Under the pieces are notes generated by a model. It saw nothing but the letters and a program-made list of their open reading frames with translations. It was not told where the DNA came from and ran no database searches. This document shows positions 20,493 to 30,306 of a stretch of 64,000 nucleotides of DNA, in pieces. The position numbers and the translations under genes were made by a program. Numbering within the stretch: position 1 is the stretch's first letter; each line of letters begins with the position of its first letter. The DNA comes from Pseudobdellovibrionaceae bacterium (lineage in GTDB: Bacteria > Bdellovibrionota > Bdellovibrionia > Bdellovibrionales > Bdellovibrionaceae), in the NCBI GenBank assembly GCA_039810425.1, contig JBDHWW010000008.1:1-64000 (forward strand), given 5' to 3'.

Positions 20493-21851
20493 TTACTCCA
20501 CGGAGCCCTGGTTCCCGAGCTGAAATTTAATTTTGGCATTTTCGATAACGACCCGTGGGTCTTGATTGTGATCGTCAAAGACCAACACATTGCGAACACT
20601 TTCCTTTTGCACCACCATGGGCGTCCAAAGATGTTGCAAATACACGAGGGTCAAACCCAAAGACAACGATAAGACCATGCACAAAAAACACAAAGTCACG
20701 AGGTCTATTTGCGGAGTCGTATTGTCATTGCGCGCTCTTTCGATAATTTCAAAGCGGTCTTTAACCGACAACTTCTGCGCTTCGACTTTGGCGAGCGTCT
20801 CTGTCAGCTCTTTATATTTCGAATACTCAAGTTCAGACTTCTTGCGCTTGTCCTCAAGCATTTGTGCGGCCACCGGCAGAACCTTGAGATGCTTGCCAAT
20901 CTGATCGACTGAGTCTTTAATCTGCGCAATCCGGCTTTCGAGCATTTTATTCTCTAAACGCAAGGCCTCGATGCGGCCACCAACCCCATAAAGTGCACTG
21001 CCGGTGGTTTTAGTCACCGGGCCACCGTCTTGAAGGAATTCAATGTCACGGGTGTTTTCAGAAACTTTGAGTCGAGCTTCATTCATTCGTACCATGAGGT
21101 CCGAAAGATACTCGCCCATTTTTTCTCGGCTGGTGAGCGAAATCAAATTCTCGGGCTGAGTTTGAAAATTCGCGAGATCTTCTGCCAGATCTTTGATATT
21201 TTTATCGACTTGGGCTTTTTGATCGGTGATGAACTTTTCGACTTCACTGATTTCAGCCATTTCGCGACGGCGGAGGTACTCAGAAGAAAGCTCCAGCGCC
21301 GTGTTTGTTAAAAACATGGAAAGTTCTTTTGAGGGCGTGGCAAAAGACACTTTGATTTCGTAGTCCGACTCCAACTTAGCCTGGGACCAGGAGTCCAACT
21401 TCAGAATAAAACCAAGTTTGCCAGCTTCATCCCTCATTGCATCATTCAAATATTTATCCTTAATATACTCATAAGCTTTCTGCTCTTCCACCGGCAGGTC
21501 TGGGCTACGGCCGCGCACGTCGATGCGTTGTAGCAGCTCTTCATAGAACTCGCGCGTTTTCAGCACCTCGAGCTGCTTTCCGATTTGGGTGTTGCCTTTT
21601 TTCCCGTCGGCAACGGACTTGGTCATGCCAAAATAAGCGGTTGAAAAAGCTTGCAGCGGGCTATTTTGGGCATCATTGACCAAAAGCCGCCCTTTTCCCA
21701 CATAGGGTATTTTAAAAACATAAAGTAAGAGGGAAACCACCAAGAGACTTCCAAAAAGTCCCACAAACAACTTCACGTGTCTCTTAAGAAGAGCCAGAAA
21801 ATCGCCCGCTTGAAATGTCCGTTCTACTTTGCTTTCTAGTAACTTTTCCAT
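20493..21851 (-). CDS. GumC/Wzz-like polysaccharide co-polymerase without kinase domain
   Basis: TM - long coiled coil - IIERA..P - TM architecture. Confidence 0.65.
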   Translation of the reverse strand: MEKLLESKVERTFQAGDFLALLKRHVKLFVGLFGSLLVVSLLLYVFKIPYVGKGRLLVNDAQNSPLQAFSTAYFGMTKSVADGKKGNTQIGKQLEVLKTREFYEELLQRIDVRGRSPDLPVEEQKAYEYIKDKYLNDAMRDEAGKLGFILKLDSWSQAKLESDYEIKVSFATPSKELSMFLTNTALELSSEYLRRREMAEISEVEKFITDQKAQVDKNIKDLAEDLANFQTQPENLISLTSREKMGEYLSDLMVRMNEARLKVSENTRDIEFLQDGGPVTKTTGSALYGVGGRIEALRLENKMLESRIAQIKDSVDQIGKHLKVLPVAAQMLEDKRKKSELEYSKYKELTETLAKVEAQKLSVKDRFEIIERARNDNTTPQIDLVTLCFLCMVLSLSLGLTLVYLQHLWTPMVVQKESVRNVLVFDDHNQDPRVVIENAKIKFQLGNQGSVE

Positions 21852-21961
21852 GAAGCCCGTTATGCCACAGACCATACCGGTCGCATAGCGGGCAGAGGTC
21901 GCTGGAACAAAGCTTATTATGGCGGTAACACCGCCGTCACAACAGAAACTCCAATGAGCTT

Positions 21962-22813
21962 CTAGAGGGCGTCAATGCGCGGAAATGTGACGGGGCGAAT
22001 CACCGGGCCAGTCGCTTTGGCCTCAGGTTTTATTTCGGTTTTCGTAACTGGCTTGTTGCCTTCAACAAAACCTTGGGTCACTTGCTGGAGGTGGTTCGCG
22101 GTTTCACAGGCCTGGCGGAAAGCATCACCCAACTTTTTCAGGGCATCTTGATCGGCCTTCGGCACCTCGAACGCCTTCGTCAAATCCACCGGTACTTCGC
22201 GGCTGAGTGGAGCCTCTAAATCAATGCGGGACTCCCGGAACGCATCCACGTCGGCGTCCGCCGCTGCGGCCTTCATCGCCGCCGGTGGTTCTGTGGAGGC
22301 CTGCGCCCATTCCGGCAGGCTCTCTTCGCAAAACATCAATTGATCTTTATTCACTTGCGCGATCATCTCGATTTCACCCAAGGAAAGATCGACTTGAGCC
22401 GCGATTTCCTGGACACTCATCCCCTGATGGGCCAGGCGTGCGGCTTTGACGTACTTGATTGTGCTTTGCCTTTCCACGATTTCACTGTGTGGAATGCGGT
22501 CTTGAAAAATCTTGGCAACCTCGAGGCTCTTCTGCATCGCCTGCTCAATTTTCTGAAGCTGCTTGTCCGAATTTTGCACTTGTTGCTGAATCTCGCGCAC
22601 CTTTTGTTCCAGCAATGTCGTCAACTGCTGAACTTGAACTTCCGTGCGGTCAGACAAGTCTTCGAGAACCGCGATCTTGCTCTGCAAAAGCTGCAGCCCT
22701 TTACTCAAGCGCGGATCATCTTTTTGAGGGCGTTGCAGGCGAATCCAGGCACCCACGCATCCCGCGACCAGAACTAAATCCACAAATACTTGCGTCAATA
22801 CCCAAAAGCTCAC
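21962..22813 (-). CDS. DUF2802-like membrane-anchored coiled-coil protein
   Basis: N-terminal TM, coiled coil, YVKAARLAHQGMSVQEIA..LSLGEIEMI motif. Confidence 0.7.
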   Translation of the reverse strand: MSFWVLTQVFVDLVLVAGCVGAWIRLQRPQKDDPRLSKGLQLLQSKIAVLEDLSDRTEVQVQQLTTLLEQKVREIQQQVQNSDKQLQKIEQAMQKSLEVAKIFQDRIPHSEIVERQSTIKYVKAARLAHQGMSVQEIAAQVDLSLGEIEMIAQVNKDQLMFCEESLPEWAQASTEPPAAMKAAAADADVDAFRESRIDLEAPLSREVPVDLTKAFEVPKADQDALKKLGDAFRQACETANHLQQVTQGFVEGNKPVTKTEIKPEAKATGPVIRPVTFPRIDAL

Positions 22814-22964
22814 GGGGCCTCCGTCGTGTCGTTATACAGACCAGTTTAGTGGAAAAGCGCCTGGACCTACAATGGACCAAGGTCTCAGTTTGAGGCAAAA
22901 AGTTTTCGCGGACGCGCGTTTATGAGACGGCTTATGCTAAGCTAAAGCTAGGGAGAATGAATTC

Positions 22965-24149
22965 ATGACGCCGTCTATTTTACAGAGACTCTTCATTTTG
23001 ATCGCGTCCGCGATGCTTTTAGCGTCTTGCGGAAATGTTAAATTCAGCGGTTTCTCCACCGAAAAAGTTGGTGAAGAGGGCATCCACGATGACAATGGAG
23101 GTCCCACTCCAGATCCTTCTCCAGGCGGAGGCTCTCCAACTCCGTCACCTGCTTTGCGAACAGTGACCTACTCGGAAGTGGTCCCGGCAAATCCAAATAA
23201 AGTCGACATCTTGTTAGTGATCGATGATTCGGGCTCAATGAAAACCGATCAGTTGAAACTTGCCAGCAAACTTTCCGGGTTCGCAAATTTGCTGGAAAGC
23301 CAAAACGTTCCTATGGACTGGCAAATGTGCGTGACTGTGACTCGCAGTCAGCTGATTAGCAATAACTACTACTGGGGGGCTTCCGTAAACTGGGTTGGAT
23401 ACTCACCTGCAGCGGGCACGCCCCAGTACGTTTTGAAAAAGGGCACCGCGAATCTCAATAGTATCTTCACTCAAACAATCAACGCGATTGGCGCCGGTGT
23501 TCCTGGCTCGGGCGATGAGCGCGGCATTAAAGCGGCCTTTCACCACTTCTATAATGGTGAGCCGGGCGTTTCTGGAACGAGCGGCTGTTACCGTAGTGAC
23601 GCCGCGGTTTCTGTGATCGTGATTTCCGACGAAGATGAACGTAGCGTGGGTGGCGATTGCTCTCGTATAAAAACGAATATGAACGAAGATCCGAAAACTT
23701 GCTTGCCTCTCGAGGCCGCCGACTTGCCAAACAACCTCTTGTCTCAAGCTAAGACAGTCTTCGGCACAAATGTACGCTTCACGTTCAACTCCATCGTGGT
23801 CGCGGATTCGGTTTGCGAAAAGACTCAAGATGAGACACCAGATGAGCTGAGTCAGCGCTCTCCTAGCCACCAAGGTTTGAAGTACATCGAGACTTCACGC
23901 CTGACCAATGGGGGTATCGGCAGCATCTGTGATAGCGACTTCTCGACTAACTTGAATATCTTTAAAGATAAAATCTTGAACTCGGTCTCATCGCTCACAT
24001 TAGAATGTGCCCCGGTTTCGGGAACCCTGGCTGTTGCAATCGACGGAGCCAACACAACAGCTTACACGCTGACTGGCGCGAACTTGAAATTTACCAGCGC
24101 GGTTGTCGAAGGTCGACGCGTAACGATGACATACAAGTGCACCCCATAG
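22965..24149 (+). CDS. vWA/MIDAS-domain lipoprotein (CglB-like adhesin)
   Basis: Lipobox LASC, MIDAS DDSGS, ISDEDE, multiple Cys. Confidence 0.8.
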   Translation: MTPSILQRLFILIASAMLLASCGNVKFSGFSTEKVGEEGIHDDNGGPTPDPSPGGGSPTPSPALRTVTYSEVVPANPNKVDILLVIDDSGSMKTDQLKLASKLSGFANLLESQNVPMDWQMCVTVTRSQLISNNYYWGASVNWVGYSPAAGTPQYVLKKGTANLNSIFTQTINAIGAGVPGSGDERGIKAAFHHFYNGEPGVSGTSGCYRSDAAVSVIVISDEDERSVGGDCSRIKTNMNEDPKTCLPLEAADLPNNLLSQAKTVFGTNVRFTFNSIVVADSVCEKTQDETPDELSQRSPSHQGLKYIETSRLTNGGIGSICDSDFSTNLNIFKDKILNSVSSLTLECAPVSGTLAVAIDGANTTAYTLTGANLKFTSAVVEGRRVTMTYKCTP

Positions 24150-24304
24150 TTCCTGTTAGTGATTTTACACTCGTAAAATCACTAAACACCCCTGTATAAA
24201 CAGTAGTCTCGGCCCTTGGATCGTCACGTCCCAAAGTAGGAACCCCCTATTAATACCTTTGTGTATTTAGTTGGCTATGCTAACTTGTCCTGAGGGGGAT
24301 AACC

Positions 24305-25618
24305 ATGGCTCAGAATCTTTTTAAGAGTGTAACTATTTCGTTACTCTTGATGTCTTTTCTGGCGGCGTGTGGAAACGTGCGTTTTTCTGCCAGCCCGTCA
24401 ACCGACGGAACAAGTGCCAACGGCAGACCTGGCGATGACGGTGCCATCGTCGGTAATGATGGCGGGCCTCGTCAAGGCGATGACGGCAGCGTGCCAGGAA
24501 CTACCCCACCCCCACCACCAAGCGGCGCTCGTGACCTTTCTTATTCGATGCAGGTTCATGCGGCGAGCAACAAAGTCGACTTTTTATTGGTTATCGATAA
24601 CTCCGCTTCAATGATTGCAGTCCAACAAAAGATGGCTCAGTCAATGTCCGCCTTGGCTTCCCAAATGAACTCATTGAATATCGATTGGCAAATGTGCTTA
24701 ACCGTAACTACTGATATGAATAAAGGTGGTGTTGCTTCTGGCACGGGTACTCACACCTGCACTGGTGACTACTGCACTGGTAGTTATACTAACGGCAGCT
24801 GGTTCTGGGGCGTTTCACTTCCTTGGGTGAACGGTAAATACGCGATCAACAAAGCGGACCTCACAGCCGATGCCAATATCTTTAATAACACGATTCCTAA
24901 ACTCGGTACCGGTGACTCCGGTACCGGTGACGAACGCGGCGTAAAGGCGGCTTACAACCACTTTGCCAATTGGAAAGCCGGCGGCCAGCATAACACGTCA
25001 AGCTGTTACCGCCCAGGCTCTTCTGTCGCCGTAATCCTTTTGTCTGACGAAGATGAGCGCTCTGTTGCAGGTGACTGTTCTCGCGTGAATGCTGATTTGG
25101 GTGACAAAGAAGTCCCTGCTTGCCGGGAGTACGTCACATCTGCATTGCGTGTTCTTGAGTTCCAAGATCAGCCCACAAACTTGGTTTCCCAGGCAAAGGC
25201 GGTATTCGGAGAGACAGCACGCTTTACATTTAACTCGATCATCTCAGACACGGATGCCTGTACGAATCAGTTAAACGCGAACGCGAGCTATGTAAAAAAT
25301 GGCACTCCTTACTTCTCACCACACTACACGGGAACTGTTTACAAACAGGCTTCTCAGTTAACTGGTGGCGGTGTCGCAAGCTTGTGTTCTTCAGACCTGA
25401 AACTGAACTTGTTCAGCGACGTGGTTTTAAATACGCTCTCTAAACTGACGATGGACTGCGCTCCGACTTCATTGACGGTGAAAAAAGCGGCTACTCAAAC
25501 AGGCCTTGCAGCCGCGACGCCAATGTCCGCCTATAGCGTGAACGGCGCTGTGGTTACTTTCAATCCTCCATTGCAACAAAACGACTGGGTTTCGTTGCAA
25601 TACCACTGCGCGCAGTAA
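24305..25618 (+). CDS. vWA/MIDAS-domain lipoprotein, tandem paralog
   Basis: Lipobox LAAC, MIDAS DNSAS, LSDEDERSV; shares blocks with the preceding gene. Confidence 0.8.
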   Translation: MAQNLFKSVTISLLLMSFLAACGNVRFSASPSTDGTSANGRPGDDGAIVGNDGGPRQGDDGSVPGTTPPPPPSGARDLSYSMQVHAASNKVDFLLVIDNSASMIAVQQKMAQSMSALASQMNSLNIDWQMCLTVTTDMNKGGVASGTGTHTCTGDYCTGSYTNGSWFWGVSLPWVNGKYAINKADLTADANIFNNTIPKLGTGDSGTGDERGVKAAYNHFANWKAGGQHNTSSCYRPGSSVAVILLSDEDERSVAGDCSRVNADLGDKEVPACREYVTSALRVLEFQDQPTNLVSQAKAVFGETARFTFNSIISDTDACTNQLNANASYVKNGTPYFSPHYTGTVYKQASQLTGGGVASLCSSDLKLNLFSDVVLNTLSKLTMDCAPTSLTVKKAATQTGLAAATPMSAYSVNGAVVTFNPPLQQNDWVSLQYHCAQ

Positions 25619-25652
25619 TCTGGTCATCGGCGCTATTAACTTTAGCTGCCAA

Positions 25653-26852
25653 TCAACGTAGCTGAGCCAAACAAGAAGCCATCCTCTGGATGGCTTCTTT
25701 CATTTGCGCTTCCGAGCATGCAAAGCTCAGGCGTAAATAGCCGTCACAACCGCACTCAGAACCCGGCACGGTCGCCACGAAATATTCATTGAGCAGAATA
25801 TCCGCAAAGTCCTTCGAGCCTTCAATCTTGCGGTCCTTATAAGACTTGCCAAAAATCGATTTCATTTCCACCCACAGGTAGAACGCGCCCTGGGGCTCAA
25901 TCACGCGCAATTGCGGAATTTCCGCAAAGGCCGCCATCGCCGCTTTTTTGCGCTGAATGAGCGTCTTTACAACTCCGGCTATATCCGGCTCAGAATGCTT
26001 GATCGCCGCAACCGCGGCATATTGGGAAATACTGGAGGGGGAACCCGTCGATTGGCTTTGGTAATCGCCCATCGCCGCAATCAACTTCTCCGGCCCCACG
26101 GCCCAACCGATACGCCAGCCGGTCATAGAGTACGCCTTCGAACCGCCATTCACGAGAACCACGCGGTCTTTGAGCTCCGGTGCCACATGCAAGATGTGCG
26201 GAGCTACGCTCGTACCATCAAACATCAGGCGGTTATACATATCATCAGAAATCACCACCACTTTTGGATGGCGCTTTAAAACTTCGGCAAGAGCCTTCAG
26301 TTCTTCGCGAGTGTATACAAGCCCCGTCGGATTGCTGGGTGAGCAAAACAAGAAAGCACGGGTTCTTGGCGTAATGGCTTTTTCGAGCTTCTCCGGAGTC
26401 ATCTTAAAGTGAACTTCTTCACCGCAATCAACCACCACAGGAACGCCGTCAGCCAATTCCACCATCGTTGGATAGCTCACCCAATACGGAGAATTAATGA
26501 TCACTTCATCGCCCGGGCTGCAGAGCATCTGCAAAGCACCGAAGATGATGAACTTTGCGCCTGATGCGACCGTCACGTTTTTAACTGTATACTCTAGGCC
26601 TATTTCACTTTTGACCTTATCAGCAACCGCTTGGCGGAGTTCAACGGTGCCGTTGGCGGGAGTGTATTTCGTAATGCCTTTTTCAATAGCCTCTTTCCCC
26701 GCATTCGCTGCCACGGGGAACGTCGGCCAGTCGGGTTCACCCACCGTGAGTGAAATCACCGGATGACCTTTCGCCTGAAGCTCTTTCGCTTTTGCGACGA
26801 GGAATAGGGTTGGAGAGGTTTTTAAATTTTGTGCTCTTTTTGATAACATCAT
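25653..26852 (-). CDS. PLP-dependent aminotransferase class I (aspartate aminotransferase-like)
   Basis: GEPD, SPSNPTG, SKAYSMTGWRIG motifs. Confidence 0.92.
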   Translation of the reverse strand: MMLSKRAQNLKTSPTLFLVAKAKELQAKGHPVISLTVGEPDWPTFPVAANAGKEAIEKGITKYTPANGTVELRQAVADKVKSEIGLEYTVKNVTVASGAKFIIFGALQMLCSPGDEVIINSPYWVSYPTMVELADGVPVVVDCGEEVHFKMTPEKLEKAITPRTRAFLFCSPSNPTGLVYTREELKALAEVLKRHPKVVVISDDMYNRLMFDGTSVAPHILHVAPELKDRVVLVNGGSKAYSMTGWRIGWAVGPEKLIAAMGDYQSQSTGSPSSISQYAAVAAIKHSEPDIAGVVKTLIQRKKAAMAAFAEIPQLRVIEPQGAFYLWVEMKSIFGKSYKDRKIEGSKDFADILLNEYFVATVPGSECGCDGYLRLSFACSEAQMKEAIQRMASCLAQLR

Positions 26853-27337
26853 TTGGACCTCCTCATTTTTTTCGTCAATGCCTCAGCAACAACGTCCGTG
26901 ACTAAACCAGTGAGAGCGCCGCCATGCTGCGCGACCTCTTTCACTCCGCGGGAAGAAATAAAATAATATTTTGGATCCGCAAAAACGAGCATGGTTTCAA
27001 TGTTCGGCGCCAGCATTTTGTTCATGTTGGCCATCGTTAGCTCGTACTCAAAATCAACAACCGCGCGCAGGCCACGCACGATCACATCAGACTTGATTTT
27101 TTTCATGTAGTCCGTCGTCAGGCCTTCATGGACGTCCACTTTGACGTTTTTTAAATGCGACAGACTTTTTTCGATGAGTTCTTTACGCTCTTGAGCCGTA
27201 AACAGTGAGGCTTTATTCGGAGATTGCGAAATCAGCACCACGGTCTCTTCATAGAGATGTGAGATTCTTTGGATAATATCCACGTGACCGAGGGTGATCG
27301 GATCGAAACTTCCTGGATAAACTGCGATCTTACTCAT
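26849..27337 (-). CDS. coaD: Phosphopantetheine adenylyltransferase
   Basis: YPGSFDPITLGH, VRGLR, DFEYE, ISS motifs. Confidence 0.95.
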   Translation of the reverse strand: MSKIAVYPGSFDPITLGHVDIIQRISHLYEETVVLISQSPNKASLFTAQERKELIEKSLSHLKNVKVDVHEGLTTDYMKKIKSDVIVRGLRAVVDFEYELTMANMNKMLAPNIETMLVFADPKYYFISSRGVKEVAQHGGALTGLVTDVVAEALTKKMRRSK

Positions 27338-27899
27338 GGCTTTCTTTATCCTGTTTTTTCGAGAAGAAAGATAGGACTTTGTCGCCAAACTCGCGATGGT
27401 CGTAACGCTCTAGATCGCCGTAAAGATCTTCCATTTTTTCGCGACGCTCAGACTCAATCGCCATCAAAGTTTGCGGTCCGAAAGCGGCACTTTGACTTGC
27501 ATGTTCCATGACCGCGTGGGCCATTTTCTCAGTAAATGGAGGGTCCGCAAAAATAATATCGAAGGCCGCACCTTGGTAGCTCTTTAAGTAGGCAAGGACT
27601 TCCATATTGACGATTTTATAGTCCGTATTGGGAACTTTCAGTTTCGCCAAGTTCTGACGAAGGATCTCAAGAGACTTCGGATGCTTCTCTACAAAAATCA
27701 CCTCACGTGCCCCACGAGACAAAGACTCCAGCCCAAGATTTCCCGTGCCCGAAAATAAATCCACGACACGCGAGGCTTCGATATCAAACATGAGTTTATT
27801 AAACAGCGTCTCTTTCACGCGGTCTGTGGTGGGACGAATGTGACTTGCTTGAAAATCAACAAGTGGATGGCCTTTGTATTTACCGGAAATAATTCTCAT
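27330..27899 (-). CDS. rsmD: 16S rRNA m2G966 methyltransferase
   Basis: MRIISG, RPTTDRVKE, DLFSGTG, DPPF; adjacent to coaD. Confidence 0.95.
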   Translation of the reverse strand: MRIISGKYKGHPLVDFQASHIRPTTDRVKETLFNKLMFDIEASRVVDLFSGTGNLGLESLSRGAREVIFVEKHPKSLEILRQNLAKLKVPNTDYKIVNMEVLAYLKSYQGAAFDIIFADPPFTEKMAHAVMEHASQSAAFGPQTLMAIESERREKMEDLYGDLERYDHREFGDKVLSFFSKKQDKESHE

Positions 27900-28261
27900 G
27901 ACGTTGAGCCTTTTGCCATTTTCTCGGCGACTGATACGATCGAAAAAATATCATCAAACGGCTTTGGTATAAAAAGGTCCGCGCCCATTTGCAAGGCTGT
28001 TTCCATGTTATGCTCACCGGAAAATGCGGATATGAGAATAACTTTGCCGGACCTCTGGTGACCGATCTCTGAAAGGACCTGGGGGCCGGTCATTTTCGGC
28101 ATGAGGACATCCAAAAAGACCAAATCGGGCTTCTGCTCGCGCCACATTTGTAGTCCCTGCAGGCCGTCCTCGGCCTCGAGAATGTCGTGACCATAACTTC
28201 TAAACGCGCGGCCAAGAGAGCGGCGTACAAGAGGTTCATCATCGACGACTAAAATCTTCAT
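27896..28261 (-). CDS. Single-domain response regulator
   Basis: VVDDE, LDVLMP, KPF. Confidence 0.9.
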   Translation of the reverse strand: MKILVVDDEPLVRRSLGRAFRSYGHDILEAEDGLQGLQMWREQKPDLVFLDVLMPKMTGPQVLSEIGHQRSGKVILISAFSGEHNMETALQMGADLFIPKPFDDIFSIVSVAEKMAKGSTS

Positions 28262-30306
28262 GCGGCGAACTCTTTAATAGGCAAAGTAATACAGAACACG
28301 GCCCCCTTGCCTGACTCGGTTTCAAAATGGATATCGCCGCCGAATCTCTCGATGATCGACCTCGACATACTTAAACCAAGGCCCGTGCCCAATCCTTCTT
28401 TTTTGGTCGTAAAGAAGGCTTCAAATATTTTATTCTGAATTTCCGGTGGAATGCCCGGGCCTGTATCCGACACGCGCAATTCCACCAGGCGTGGGTTCTT
28501 ACCCGAAACTCCCGACGTCACCGTCAACGTACCGGGATCTTTCATCGCTTGGCAGGCGTTATTCACGAGATTAAACACCACCTGCTGCAAAAGATGTGGT
28601 TCCACTTCGACCAAGACTTGCCGGGCGTCGAGGTGCAACTGAAAGCGATGCAAGCGCAAAGCGGTCTTCAACATCGGCAAAGTCTTTTCAACAACCTCAT
28701 CGACCGAAATAAGCGCCTGTGGCTGCTTCTCGTTTTGCGAGAATTCGAGAAGGTTCTTGATAATCTTTTGCGAACGAACCGCCGCCTTTTCGATTTCAGC
28801 AAGGTCCGAATGCAAGGCTTCGCCCTTCGGAGCTTCGTGCAACAAAACTTGCGCCAAAGAACGGAGACCTGTCAGCGGGTTATTGAGTTCATGTGCGATA
28901 TGGCCCGCTAGTTTACCGATGGCGCCCATTTTTTCGCTCTGCAGAACCTTCAGGTAAAGTTCGCGTGACTCGGTGATATCCACATATTGATTCACCACGG
29001 CTGTTGAGCGGCCACCATCCTCACTGGCAATAGGATAACTGTAAACTTGATACGTGCGCGGACCGACCTTGATCTGCCCGCTTTCGGAAGTTTTTTCTTT
29101 CAAGGCTTGCGCGGCGGGACAGCCGGTACAAACTTTTTTACCGCCGGTAAAGCTCTCGTGGCATTTCCCATGGCCCAGGAGCGAAAATTTCTTATTGGCG
29201 CGAATGACTTCATAGCCCACATCCACAATCGCAATAGGATCCTTCATGCTGTCGAACGTTTTCTCCCACCGGTAAGAGAAGCTTGAAAGCTGATTGTCCA
29301 AAAGCACACGATCCAAGGCCATGCTCAAAGGACCAAGTCTATCATTCATATACTCAAGGAAAAATCCCAGTTCCTTGTCAACGAGCGAACTTTCAAAACA
29401 CAAAATCGCTTCGGCCTTGCCTTCGGCAAACTGACGAATCAGTTTCAATTCCAGTGGGAAAATCAGCGTTTTAATAAATGGCCGACCATAGTGATTGGCA
29501 AAGTGTTTTACCATTTCCGGATGATTCGGTTGATACTTATCCGGGAACTCTATCTCAAGGGCCGTTTCCGATTGGGTAAACTGCCCGCCGTGAAAACTCA
29601 TCAGGGCGGTCTTTGAGCCGGTCACACGGTAAGCAAGGATTGGATCGCCCAATTTGTGAAACTTGCGAAGTTCCTTCCGGAGAACCTGCAAAAGGTCCTC
29701 AAAAGAACTTTGCCCCGCGAGCTCTTTGATAAACCGAATCAAGAGGCGCTCACGACTCAGCTTTTCACTCTCTTCAGTATGCGAGATTTCAATATGCAGA
29801 GTTCGTTCCTCCACAATCTGCTCAAGCCCACTGGTCAGGATTTCGAGTTCGCGATTTCTTTGCGAGGACTCTTTTAAAAGCTGTGACTGCTGAGATTTTT
29901 GCAGGTGCTTCTCAATCGCGCCGTTCAGAAAAATACGGAAGGTCTGAATATCGAGTTCTTGCGGGATAATTCGCAGAACTTGCCCCCGATTTATGCCTTC
30001 ACGCACGACACGCTCGTTAAGATCTTGCGAACGTATGATACGGCTGGAAAAAGCCTGATGAACTTTAGCGGCGTAGACGAGATCCAGCGCGATGTTTTCA
30101 CCAAGGTCGACTGAAATCAGAATGACGGAAAAGCGACCGGCCAACAACAGGCGCTCCGCCTGAACGGCAGACTGCGCTTCGGCCCAGTCCACTCGCGCGA
30201 TCAGCAATAACGCCCGGTACCCAGGGGGCAAAGGATCTTTTGAGATCCAGAGTATTGGATCAGCGCTTCTTATTGGTTTTACAGCGTCAGTCTTTGCTAG
30301 ATTCAT
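28258..30306 (-). CDS. Cytoplasmic histidine kinase (degenerate REC-like N-terminus, PAS-like, HisKA/HATPase)
   Basis: AHELNNPL, NLVNNA, DTGPG, GTGLGL; no TM. Confidence 0.88.
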   Translation of the reverse strand: MNLAKTDAVKPIRSADPILWISKDPLPPGYRALLLIARVDWAEAQSAVQAERLLLAGRFSVILISVDLGENIALDLVYAAKVHQAFSSRIIRSQDLNERVVREGINRGQVLRIIPQELDIQTFRIFLNGAIEKHLQKSQQSQLLKESSQRNRELEILTSGLEQIVEERTLHIEISHTEESEKLSRERLLIRFIKELAGQSSFEDLLQVLRKELRKFHKLGDPILAYRVTGSKTALMSFHGGQFTQSETALEIEFPDKYQPNHPEMVKHFANHYGRPFIKTLIFPLELKLIRQFAEGKAEAILCFESSLVDKELGFFLEYMNDRLGPLSMALDRVLLDNQLSSFSYRWEKTFDSMKDPIAIVDVGYEVIRANKKFSLLGHGKCHESFTGGKKVCTGCPAAQALKEKTSESGQIKVGPRTYQVYSYPIASEDGGRSTAVVNQYVDITESRELYLKVLQSEKMGAIGKLAGHIAHELNNPLTGLRSLAQVLLHEAPKGEALHSDLAEIEKAAVRSQKIIKNLLEFSQNEKQPQALISVDEVVEKTLPMLKTALRLHRFQLHLDARQVLVEVEPHLLQQVVFNLVNNACQAMKDPGTLTVTSGVSGKNPRLVELRVSDTGPGIPPEIQNKIFEAFFTTKKEGLGTGLGLSMSRSIIERFGGDIHFETESGKGAVFCITLPIKEFAA

